Shown: positions 24,623 to 32,000 of the stretch, in pieces
Position numbering within the stretch: position 1 is the first letter of the stretch
How the letters are laid out: every line of letters starts with the position of its first letter
Source: Vibrio alginolyticus NBRC 15630 = ATCC 17749
Lineage (GTDB): Bacteria > Pseudomonadota > Gammaproteobacteria > Enterobacterales > Vibrionaceae
Length of the DNA: 32,000 nucleotides
NCBI RefSeq assembly: GCF_000354175.2
Contig: NC_022359.1
Span: 1,380,001-1,412,000 of the forward strand
Direction of reading: 5' to 3'
Made by a program: the position numbers and the translations under genes
Notes under the pieces: generated by a model
Databases searched by the model: none
Told to the model about the DNA's origin: nothing
The model's input: only the letters and a program-made list of their open reading frames with translations

Positions 24623-25609
24623 ATGGATACAAAACAGATTTCTACAGTTATCATAATTTTAGTTCTTTCTGCATTAGTAGTTGCTTATTTAAAGTTAACA
24701 ACGGTATCAAATGCTATCCACAAACCTACAACAATCGGTATATCTAAGACGCCTCTGTCAGCCCCTTTTATCATTGCAGAGCACATAGGTGCGTTTGAAG
24801 AAAACGATTTAAACGTCGAACTTATCATGTGCTTTGGAGGGGTCGAATGTTCAAACCTACTTCTAGAAAACCATGTTAATTACGCCACTTTTTCTGAAAG
24901 CGTACTGATGTTTAAAAGCTTTGAATACAAAGATTTAGCATTAATCACTTCTTTTGCATCTTCTACGAATGATATTAAGCTGCTAACTAAAAAGCGGTCT
25001 GGCATAGAAAGTATAGATAAATTACCAGGAAAAAAGGTTGGTGTAATAAAAAAGAGCGCTAGCGAATATTACTTAGACTTGTTGCTACAGGTAAATGACA
25101 TTGATTTAGAAAAAGTAGAAAAAATATCATCAACAACGCAGGTTATTATAAATCATTTAATGCAAGGAAACGTCGATGCAATATCTACTTGGGAGCCATA
25201 CGGATTTATGGCCAAGAATAGAATAAATGAAGAAGTAAAGAACATAGGAATTATTGGCGTGTATAAACTTTACTTTTTGCTTGTATCAAAAGAAATACAC
25301 ATTGAAAAATCAGATCAAGAAGTAATGAAAATAATAAAGTCACTTCATCACTCAATTAACTGGATGGATAAAAACCCTCATTTAACAATGAAAATACTAT
25401 CACAAAAACTTAACACAACAGTTGAAGAAATATCTTGGAGTTGGGATGATTATAACTTTCGATTAAATTTAACGAATTCTTTATTATTTACATTACAATC
25501 AGAAGCTAATTGGGCATTAAAACAAAACTATGTAGAAGGACAGATTCCAAATTACAGAAAAATATTTAAAGAAAACTATATCAATTCATATTTTGATGGT
25601 CTAGATTAA
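24623..25609 (+). CDS. Membrane-anchored periplasmic solute-binding protein, NMT1/SsuA/TauA (NitT/TauT)-like
   Basis: I prefer the start at ATG 24623, with GAAGGGAG 9-10 nt upstream. It has an N-terminal TM/signal anchor VIIILVLSALVVAYL. The SBP-like pattern is TIGISKTPLSAPFIIAEHIGAFEENDLNVEL...KLPGKKVGVIKKSASEYYL...MQGNVDAISTWEPY. The family call is made from pattern only. Confidence 0.6.
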   Translation: MDTKQISTVIIILVLSALVVAYLKLTTVSNAIHKPTTIGISKTPLSAPFIIAEHIGAFEENDLNVELIMCFGGVECSNLLLENHVNYATFSESVLMFKSFEYKDLALITSFASSTNDIKLLTKKRSGIESIDKLPGKKVGVIKKSASEYYLDLLLQVNDIDLEKVEKISSTTQVIINHLMQGNVDAISTWEPYGFMAKNRINEEVKNIGIIGVYKLYFLLVSKEIHIEKSDQEVMKIIKSLHHSINWMDKNPHLTMKILSQKLNTTVEEISWSWDDYNFRLNLTNSLLFTLQSEANWALKQNYVEGQIPNYRKIFKENYINSYFDGLD

Positions 25610-25610
25610 A

Positions 25611-26948
25611 ATGCATCGTTCGTTAAACCACTATTTAGCATCACTATTCAGTCTAAGCGTAATACTATGTATCAGCGTTATAGTATACATAAGCTTCATA
25701 AAAATAGAAGATTATAAAGCCAAGAAACAATTAAACCAAATAATGGACATACAAATATCATTAGAGTCATTAAGTAGTTATCTTTGGGCTTACACTCAAA
25801 ATAGGGGAAAAAACAATTTCACACAATTCATGATTTCTCATAACAAATTAAACGAATTATTATCTCAAAATGAAGATGTTTTATACCTTACTAAAGACCT
25901 AAAAAAAATGAATCTCGAACTGTATTTTTTAGTTCAATACGAAAATAATCATTTACTAGACAAAGATCGCCATTATGATTCAGTCGTAAATTATAATAAA
26001 TCAAATCCTGTCATACAATCCAGAATAAACATTGTATCCCAGGATATGAATAATGAAATAATATATATTTATAAAAAAATACTTAATAATAAGTCTACAA
26101 AACTACAAAATTTAAATTATTACACTCAAGCAGGTATTATTTTTATCTCTCTGGTTGTTATGCTATTATGCTTTTATATAAAAATAAAGTTCAAGAGAAG
26201 CTTTCAAAGGTTTATAAATGGAATAAAACAATTAAGCAGGTCAAATTTTGACTATAAAATCCCTTCAGAAAATCAATTCACGGAATTTGAAAATCTGTCT
26301 TGTTACTTCAATAAAATGGCGGCATTGTTAAACCACACAACAATATCAAAATCAAAACTTAAAGAAGAAGTAGAGAATCAAACTTCAGTTCTAAATCGTC
26401 AAAAAGAAAGTTTGGTATTTTTGTCTGAGCACGACTCCTTAACTAATATCTACAATCGTCGAGCAATAGAAAAACATTTGATCCAGCTTACGCGTAATTT
26501 CAGAGGCAGTGAGAATAGTTTTAGTTTGTTTTTTATAGATTTAAATTTATTTAAGGATATTAACGATAGCCATGGCCATGAGGCAGGTGATGCAGTGTTA
26601 AAATCTGTAGCTAGTAGATTATCAAGTATTATCGACGAATCAGACATGGTAGGCCGCTTTGGTGGAGATGAATTTATTATTATTCATCGTTCACACACAA
26701 CAGGTACGTCTCTGTCTGCATGTGCACTACGCTATATCCAAGAAATAGAAAAAGTAATTCATTTTAAAGGTAAAGAGTTATGCGTCGGAGCTAGCATTGG
26801 TATTGCACTCTATCCTGAGCATGGGTCGAATGTACATGAATTATTAACAGCGGCAGACAAGTCTATGTATCAGTCAAAACGTTCTAAAGCTAGCTCGTTC
26901 ACTATTGTCGACAACAGCAGTTCGCTGTTAAAGAGGCCTATGTTTTAA
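25611..26948 (+). CDS. Membrane diguanylate cyclase: TM, ~140-aa extracytoplasmic domain, TM, HAMP-like linker, GGDEF
   Basis: 445-aa ORF whose ATG lies 1 nt after the SBP stop. There are two hydrophobic helices (residues ~10-30 and ~170-190). The GGDEF domain has HDSLTNIYNRR, IDLNLFKDINDSHGHEAGD and RFGGDEFIII. Confidence 0.85.
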   Translation: MHRSLNHYLASLFSLSVILCISVIVYISFIKIEDYKAKKQLNQIMDIQISLESLSSYLWAYTQNRGKNNFTQFMISHNKLNELLSQNEDVLYLTKDLKKMNLELYFLVQYENNHLLDKDRHYDSVVNYNKSNPVIQSRINIVSQDMNNEIIYIYKKILNNKSTKLQNLNYYTQAGIIFISLVVMLLCFYIKIKFKRSFQRFINGIKQLSRSNFDYKIPSENQFTEFENLSCYFNKMAALLNHTTISKSKLKEEVENQTSVLNRQKESLVFLSEHDSLTNIYNRRAIEKHLIQLTRNFRGSENSFSLFFIDLNLFKDINDSHGHEAGDAVLKSVASRLSSIIDESDMVGRFGGDEFIIIHRSHTTGTSLSACALRYIQEIEKVIHFKGKELCVGASIGIALYPEHGSNVHELLTAADKSMYQSKRSKASSFTIVDNSSSLLKRPMF

Positions 26949-27183
26949 TCTAAAGTAGCTGTGGAAACGTTCTACATGCGAATATTCAACGACATCGACC
27001 ACTGTGGCCACTTACAGTAATAAAGCCGCTTTTATCACATAGCAAAAGCTAAACTCGTAAGCTAAACGCTCTCCAGGCATTGAAGAAAAATAATCCATTG
27101 TGAATGGTTAATCCTCCCCTTTTAAACGTCAACTTTCACCACCATATGATAGTTAAGATTCATTAACAGGCTATAACTATCCT

Positions 27184-28176
27184 ATGTCTTTTCCTCGTTT
27201 ATCTGTTCTGGATTTGGCACCCGTGTCCGACGGAACAAACTTCACCGAAACGTTCGAACGCTCCGTTGAATTAGCTCAATCAATCGAGTCCTGGGGCTAT
27301 CATCGGTTTTGGATGGCTGAACACCATAACATGCCCGACATCGCCAGTGCCGCAACCAGTGTATTACTCAGTCATATTGGAGCGCACACGAACTCGATCC
27401 GTTTAGGATCAGGTGGAATCATGTTACCTAACCATGCACCACTAGTTATTGCAGAGCAATTCGGAACGTTAGAGGCATTATACCCTGGTCGTATTGACCT
27501 CGGATTAGGACGCGCACCAGGCACCGACTACCAAACAATGCATGCATTAAGGCGGGAACCAGAGCATATGGATCCTGACTTTGAAGAGCTGTTGGAGGAA
27601 CTTAATTTCTTTCTTGGTCCCGTATCTCGAAATCAACCAGTCGCGGCTTATCCAGGTAACAACACATCTCTGCCGATTTGGCTTCTGGGGTCGAGTACAT
27701 ACAGCGCACGTTTAGCAGCTAAGAGAGGCTTACCTTTCGCATTTGCTGCACACTTTGCTCCAGATGCAATGTCTCGTGCTCTAAACTTTTATCGAGATGA
27801 GTTTGTCCCATCCGAGCATTTAGCTCAACCCTATGTGATGATTTGTGCCAACGTTATCGTAGCGGATACTCAGTCACATGCAGATTTTCTCGCAACAACA
27901 GAGAAGCAAAAATTCTTAAAAATGATTCGCGGCAATCGCGAAAAACTTCGCGCACCAGTGAAAAGTATGGCACCACTATGGTCAGCACAGGAAAAGCTTC
28001 ACGTTGAAACTCAATTACGTGAATCTATCCATGGTGATCAAACATATGTAAGACAGAAAATTGAGAAACTTTTGGAACGCACTGGGGCAGATGAAATTAT
28101 GGTAAACACGATGGTGTTTGAACAATCTGAGAAGTTGAGATCCTACAGGTTACTATCGGAACTCATGGACAAGTAA
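27184..28176 (+). CDS. LLM-class (luciferase-like) flavin-dependent oxidoreductase, YhbW-like
   Basis: 330-aa [12 protein letters not shown]...[21 protein letters not shown]...[20 protein letters not shown] is characteristic of this family. Confidence 0.85.
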   Translation: MSFPRLSVLDLAPVSDGTNFTETFERSVELAQSIESWGYHRFWMAEHHNMPDIASAATSVLLSHIGAHTNSIRLGSGGIMLPNHAPLVIAEQFGTLEALYPGRIDLGLGRAPGTDYQTMHALRREPEHMDPDFEELLEELNFFLGPVSRNQPVAAYPGNNTSLPIWLLGSSTYSARLAAKRGLPFAFAAHFAPDAMSRALNFYRDEFVPSEHLAQPYVMICANVIVADTQSHADFLATTEKQKFLKMIRGNREKLRAPVKSMAPLWSAQEKLHVETQLRESIHGDQTYVRQKIEKLLERTGADEIMVNTMVFEQSEKLRSYRLLSELMDK

Positions 28177-28181
28177 AAGAA

Positions 28182-28255
28182 TGGAGGCGCCTCCCGGAGT
28201 CGAACCGAGGTCCACGGATTTGCAATCCGCTGCATAGCCACTCTGCCAAGGCGCC
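28182..28255 (-). tRNA. cysT: tRNA-Cys (anticodon GCA), CCA encoded
   Basis: The minus strand reads GGCGCCTTGGCAGAGTGGCTATGCAGCGGATTGCAAATCCGTGGACCTCGGTTCGACTCCGGGAGGCGCCTCCA. It folds as a cloverleaf, and the anticodon arm is identical to E. coli tRNA-Cys. Confidence 0.95.
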
Positions 28256-28291
28256 TTTCTGATTTTGTATCTCTGTCACCAAAGATTTTGA

Positions 28292-28378
28292 TGGTGCCCC
28301 GGGCCGGACTTGAACCGGCACAGCGCGAACGCCGAGGGATTTTAAATCCCTTGTGTCTACCAATTCCACCACCAGGGC
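28292..28378 (-). tRNA. leuZ: tRNA-Leu (anticodon UAA), long variable arm, CCA encoded
   Basis: The minus strand reads GCCCTGGTGGTGGAATTGGTAGACACAAGGGATTTAAAATCCCTCGGCGTTCGCGCTGTGCCGGTTCAAGTCCGGCCCGGGGCACCA, near-identical to E. coli leuZ as I recall it. The acceptor stem pairs with one G-T wobble. Confidence 0.95.
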
Positions 28379-28442
28379 AACGCAATCATGCGATGGGTTA
28401 GACACCATCTATCTCGCGACCTTTGCCGTGAGAACGAGGCGT

Positions 28443-28470
28443 ACTTTAACGGATTAATTTATCTGGTCAA
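28443..28470 (-). promoter_or_regulatory. Sigma70-type promoter of the tRNA-Leu/tRNA-Cys operon
   Basis: The minus strand has TTGACC-16 nt-TAAAGT. An A/T-rich UP-like tract (AATAAAAAAGACTAATTTTTTG) precedes it and the GC-rich ACGCCTCG follows. It lies about 60 nt upstream of the tRNA-Leu 5' end. Confidence 0.55.
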
Positions 28471-28598
28471 CAAAAAATTAGTCTTTTTTATTCAAATGGT
28501 TAAAAAGACGACTCTAACGAACAAAGGGCGATCATTTTGCTTATTTGATCATCAATACGCTTTGCTTTCGTGCCTTTTAACCTTCTCATTTTATATCA

Positions 28599-29609
28599 AT
28601 GAAGAGCCAACAAATCGCGCAAGTTAACAGTATGGGTATAAACTTAACGTGTATTTCAGAGAACAAAATAGCGCTCATCATGTTTCGAAAACCATCATTT
28701 CACTTACCCTTACATGCCGACTCCGAACTCGACTTCGTAGTGCCCCACTTCTTCCTTACTGAATTTGATTATGCACGCTCTCTGGAGCAGGGAGTCATCG
28801 ACGACTTGGATCCTGAATATACACACCAATATCGCGTCACACTGAGGCGCATACGCTCACTATGCTCACTACTTCGCGAACTGATCCCTCCTTTTGAACA
28901 GCGTATTTTGAAACCTCATTTAAGAATAATGATGAAGAAAACAAATAAGCTGCGTGATTTGGACGTATTTATCTTGGACAAAAACCAATACATTGAAATG
29001 CTCCCAAATCACAAATCGTCTCTTGAGCAACTTTTTTGCTTTATAGAATCTGAACGTGCTTACGAACAAGCAAAAGTTACGCGTTGGCTAGATACACAAG
29101 AATACACAACGCACTGCACTTTGATCAGGAATAGTATGTTGCGAAGTACGCAACACGAACCAGTGGATAGCAACGTACCTGCGTTACTTTTCGCAAGCCA
29201 AAAAATCTCCGTTCAATTTAAAAAAGTTGATAAAGCACGACGCAAAATCTCGGACAAAAGTCGTGACAGCGTGATTCATTCGATGCGGATAAAGTGCAAA
29301 GCGCTTCGTTATTTGTTAGAAGGATTTTCCACGCTCTATCCTTCCCAACAGCACAAAAACAACGTGAAACAACTAAAACTATTGCAAGACAAGCTCGGTG
29401 ACTTTAACGACACTTCAAGTCAAATTGAATTTTTCGCACAACTCAAAGAAACAGCAAATCTCAATAAACAAGATCGTAAGGCTTTGAAAAAGCTAATTAA
29501 CGTGCTTAGCGAACATCATGAACTCTCTCGCCAAACCATCTTGACGCATTTAAGCCAGTTTGAGTCTTTCATTCGCGATTCCAATACACAAAATCTCTAC
29601 CGACCCTAA
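28599..29609 (+). CDS. CHAD-domain protein (conserved histidine alpha-helical domain, polyphosphate-associated family)
   Basis: 336-aa ORF. HQYRVTLRRIRSL, LRDLDVFI, IHSMRIKCKALRYLLEGF and LQDKLGDFND match the repeated CHAD helix motifs. The start codon is uncertain: 28599, 28632 and 28680 are all possible. Confidence 0.8.
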   Translation: MKSQQIAQVNSMGINLTCISENKIALIMFRKPSFHLPLHADSELDFVVPHFFLTEFDYARSLEQGVIDDLDPEYTHQYRVTLRRIRSLCSLLRELIPPFEQRILKPHLRIMMKKTNKLRDLDVFILDKNQYIEMLPNHKSSLEQLFCFIESERAYEQAKVTRWLDTQEYTTHCTLIRNSMLRSTQHEPVDSNVPALLFASQKISVQFKKVDKARRKISDKSRDSVIHSMRIKCKALRYLLEGFSTLYPSQQHKNNVKQLKLLQDKLGDFNDTSSQIEFFAQLKETANLNKQDRKALKKLINVLSEHHELSRQTILTHLSQFESFIRDSNTQNLYRP

Positions 29610-29654
29610 ATCAAGGTTCACGTATTCTTAATATTCATTAATTACAGTCAATCG

Positions 29655-30467
29655 TTGGGCTCCATTAAGAAAGATAACGTGAAACCATTAAAACGATACC
29701 AATACGAGCGCTATGCGGTGCTTTGTAATCTCGCCTACCCTCGCGTCTTCAGACAAACTCAATATGGATTCGATCCTAATGCGCAACGAGTCATTAGAAA
29801 TGAACACGGTAAGATTATGATTCGCGTGCTCTGGAGTAAAAAACAGAGTGAAGTGGTCGTAGTGATTAAAGGCTCACACAGTATCAGTGATTGGTTGTTG
29901 AACTTCGCGATGTGGACGAGAAGCTGTCGAAGGTTGGGACTAAACTATCGCATTCACGCGGGTTTCTATCATCTGTTGTTCCAAGAAAGTTTACCGAGCC
30001 GGAATGAAGATCGGTTAGGGTTGACCGTGATCGAACGCCTCGAAGGTATCGTTGTACCGCTCATTCTTAGGGGAAAAAGAATCACTATTACTGGCCACTC
30101 TTCAGGTGGCGCGATTGGCAGTGTTTTTGCTGACTATATTGAGAAAAAATACCCAAAAAGCATTAAACGCGTGGTCACTTTCGGACAGCCCGCTGTCGGG
30201 GATTGGACGTTTAAGAAACGCTACCGTTTGGGGCACAAAACATACAGGATTTGTTGCGACATCGACATCGTGACCTTTATGCCGCCCGTACCTTTTTTGT
30301 ATTGGCATGTAGGCAAAATGCTATGGTTATATAACGGGAGAATATACGAGAACACCCCAACGCTCATACGGCTTGGGCGCTCCTTATTTAGTTGGTTAAT
30401 GCGACCGTTCTCTTATCACTTTATGAGTAAATACATTCGCGACAAAGACTTTTTTGATGAACGCTGA
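29655..30467 (+). CDS. Class-3 (Lipase_3) lipase family alpha/beta hydrolase
   Basis: 270-aa ORF with a TTG start (uncertain). VVVIKGSHSISDWLLNF, HAGFY, the nucleophile elbow ITGHSSGGA, FGQPAVGD, CDIDIVTFMPP and a C-terminal His (SYHF) fit the Lipase_3 Ser-Asp-His layout. It lies 45 nt downstream of the CHAD gene. Confidence 0.8.
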   Translation: MGSIKKDNVKPLKRYQYERYAVLCNLAYPRVFRQTQYGFDPNAQRVIRNEHGKIMIRVLWSKKQSEVVVVIKGSHSISDWLLNFAMWTRSCRRLGLNYRIHAGFYHLLFQESLPSRNEDRLGLTVIERLEGIVVPLILRGKRITITGHSSGGAIGSVFADYIEKKYPKSIKRVVTFGQPAVGDWTFKKRYRLGHKTYRICCDIDIVTFMPPVPFLYWHVGKMLWLYNGRIYENTPTLIRLGRSLFSWLMRPFSYHFMSKYIRDKDFFDER

Positions 30468-30503
30468 GTTAAACATCCGAAAGGTATGAAGTATAGACAC
30501 GAA

Positions 30504-30525
30504 AAAGCCGGACTTCGCCGGCTTT
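30504..30525. terminator. Bidirectional terminator between the lipase gene and the convergent small membrane protein gene
   Basis: Stem AAAGCCGG/CCGGCTTT with a 6-nt loop. An A5 run lies upstream (T5 on the minus strand) and TTT downstream. Confidence 0.75.
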
Positions 30526-30541
30526 ACGATTAAGTGGTGAT

Positions 30542-30796
30542 CTACAGAGAGGCAATTTCTTTTTCAAGTTGATATTTGTTATCTGTGACAATTCGCTCTA
30601 ACACTTCAACACGTCGCTTCAAGTCACCAATTTGCTTGTTAAGGTTATCTTGTTCTTCTCGGCTCATCGTATTACGTTCAGATATCTCCAACGCTCTTAC
30701 TTCTTTACGATGGTTCAAGATTAACTTTATTATCCCGCCCCCAAATATGGCACCGAACACAATAGCCACAACCAATACATCAGCAATAGATTCCAT
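30542..30796 (-). CDS. Small single-pass membrane protein with a C-terminal coiled coil (PspB-like architecture), function unknown
   Basis: 84-aa ORF with AGAGGAAG upstream. It has an N-terminal TM VLVVAIVFGAIFGGGIIKLIL followed by a charged helix containing RRVEVLERIVTD, reminiscent of the PspB R-x-x-LE-x-I-L-D segment. The similarity is weak. Confidence 0.5.
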   Translation of the reverse strand: MESIADVLVVAIVFGAIFGGGIIKLILNHRKEVRALEISERNTMSREEQDNLNKQIGDLKRRVEVLERIVTDNKYQLEKEIASL

Positions 30797-30926
30797 TCTT
30801 TATCTTCCTCTAGATTATGCTCAAATATAAGTTACTCATTTGTTGAATGAATATCAAATAACACATTGATTCATTGAAAAGTTTTATCAAGAATTGCCTA
30901 CTCTGTATCAAAATCACAGGAATGGA

Positions 30927-32000
30927 TTATTCAACGCCAACCCAAACCGAGACAGATCCGCCGTTTACTGGGAACTCAGCCCAACCATTCGCATCAGTCC
31001 AAACTTCTTCAGTTCGGATACCCAACTTGTCTACGTAGCGAGCACTTGGTTTACCCGTATACATCCACTTCGAGCCGCCAGGTCCATCACTCATGATCAC
31101 GGCCATTGAATGTCGATGCTTTGCATCACCTTCTCGAGTCCAACCAATTACGTCCCAGTGGTCGAGATAAGAATGTTGTTTGCCATACGCATAATCTTTA
31201 CGCAGTGTTACTAGCTCTTTAATGTAAGGCACTTTGACCATATTGATGTCATGCCCTTTATCACTGTACTGCGCGCCGTAGTAATCTGCATAAAACACGG
31301 ATGGATAACCTTCTTCACGCAATAAGATAAATGCGTAAGCGAGCGGCTTAAACCACCAATCAACCGTCGACTCCAAAGCCTGCAAAGGTTGAGTATCATG
31401 GTTTTCTACTAAGGTTACCGCTTTGACTGGATTGTCCTTCATCAGCGTACCATCCATGATTTGACGCATATCGTAGCTACCACCCGATTTAGACGCATTG
31501 TAGAAGTTCATATGTAACGGTGCGTCGAATAGAGACATGCTGCCAGAAGTTTTGGTGATAAAGTTATGCAGCTGATTCACATCGTAGTTCCAGTACTCTC
31601 CGACCGTGAAAAGTTCTTTCCCTGTTTTCCAACGTAGGTGATCAATCCATTCTTGCAGGTATTGATATTTGATGTGCTTCACCGCGTCCATTCTAAACCC
31701 ATCAACACCCGTCATGTTGATATACCACTCACCCCAGTCTTTCAGCTCTTGCTTCACTTCAGGGTGATCCATGTCTAGATCAGCGTACATAAGGTAATCG
31801 TAGTTGCCTTTTTCCGAGCTAACTTCCCAATCCCATGCCTTACCCTCACCTTTGAATTTGAAGATAGCTTTTTCTTCGCCAGCATCGTCCCAATCCACGC
31901 CATCAAAGTGGTACCACGTCCAATGAAAGTTTGAGTACTTGTCGTTGCGCCCAGGGAAATCAAACTCTACCCACGCTTCAATCCATTTATCACCAAGTTC
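30927..32000 (-). CDS. GH13 alpha-amylase (Bacillus licheniformis/AmyA-like). The C-terminal ~357 aa are present; the N-terminus lies outside the window.
   Basis: The frame stays open from 31898 to the window end. My manual translation of that stretch reads ELGDKWIEAWVEFDFPGRNDKYSNFHWTWYHFDG. Conserved GH13 regions are DGFRMDAVKHI, FTVGEYW and LVENHDTQP, with a C-terminal beta domain ending NGGSVSVWV. Confidence 0.9.
   Translation of the reverse strand, partial: ELGDKWIEAWVEFDFPGRNDKYSNFHWTWYHFDGVDWDDAGEEKAIFKFKGEGKAWDWEVSSEKGNYDYLMYADLDMDHPEVKQELKDWGEWYINMTGVDGFRMDAVKHIKYQYLQEWIDHLRWKTGKELFTVGEYWNYDVNQLHNFITKTSGSMSLFDAPLHMNFYNASKSGGSYDMRQIMDGTLMKDNPVKAVTLVENHDTQPLQALESTVDWWFKPLAYAFILLREEGYPSVFYADYYGAQYSDKGHDINMVKVPYIKELVTLRKDYAYGKQHSYLDHWDVIGWTREGDAKHRHSMAVIMSDGPGGSKWMYTGKPSARYVDKLGIRTEEVWTDANGWAEFPVNGGSVSVWVGVE

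Noticed and set aside
24400-26950. Calling the AT-rich block a mobile element or genomic island
   Set aside because: I could see no integrase, transposase, flanking direct repeats or att-like tRNA fragment. The compositional anomaly is reported as a finding, but a mobile_element feature is not supportable.
28143-28408. Two 80-81-aa ORFs on the minus strand (28143-28385 and 28163-28408)
   Set aside because: They are translations straight through the tRNA-Cys and tRNA-Leu genes. The tRNA cloverleaves explain the sequence fully.
28388-28627. 79-aa ORF on the + strand upstream of the CHAD gene
   Set aside because: It lies across the tRNA operon promoter/UP-element region. It has no RBS and a hydrophobic low-complexity tail, and it overlaps the CHAD start.
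30576-31109. ORFs 30576-30830 (+) and 30894-31109 (+)
   Set aside because: They are antisense to the small membrane protein gene and the alpha-amylase gene respectively, with no independent evidence.

Overview
The window reads as a Vibrio-type gammaproteobacterial chromosome segment, resembling chromosome II of the Harveyi clade. Sampled lines are about 45-47% GC, and the organism call is inferred from gene content only. I support about 29 protein genes and 2 tRNAs. In order:
- a partial uhpC-like sugar-phosphate MFS gene and manA
- an orphan class I HMG-CoA reductase
- a secreted DUF1800/DUF1501 pair
- a fabH-like KAS III, trxC and an MFS transporter
- GNAT plus a YgbA-like protein, and a small basic protein
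- an IutA-like TonB-dependent receptor plus a FhuF-like reductase, each with a Fur-box-like site
- a Dcu C4-dicarboxylate carrier, a NYN-domain protein and DUF4174
- an E. coli-like nirB-nirD-nirC-cobA nitrite reductase cluster with an FNR plus NarL/NarP-type promoter
- rnk and a PAS-GGDEF cyclase
- a strongly AT-rich, translationally coupled pair: a membrane-anchored solute-binding protein plus a membrane GGDEF cyclase
- an LLM oxidoreductase and tRNA-Leu(UAA)-tRNA-Cys(GCA)
- a CHAD protein plus a class-3 lipase, a small membrane protein, and a partial GH13 alpha-amylase

I found no transposase, integrase, CRISPR array, phage gene or known defence gene. The candidates for undescribed biology are:
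- the AT-rich SBP+GGDEF module
- the DUF1800/DUF1501 exported pair
- the CHAD-lipase pair
- the orphan HMG-CoA reductase
- a 105-bp inverted-repeat element with flanking repeats around nirC
- the long structured spacer upstream of rnk

All functional calls rest on motif recognition by eye. No database search was run.
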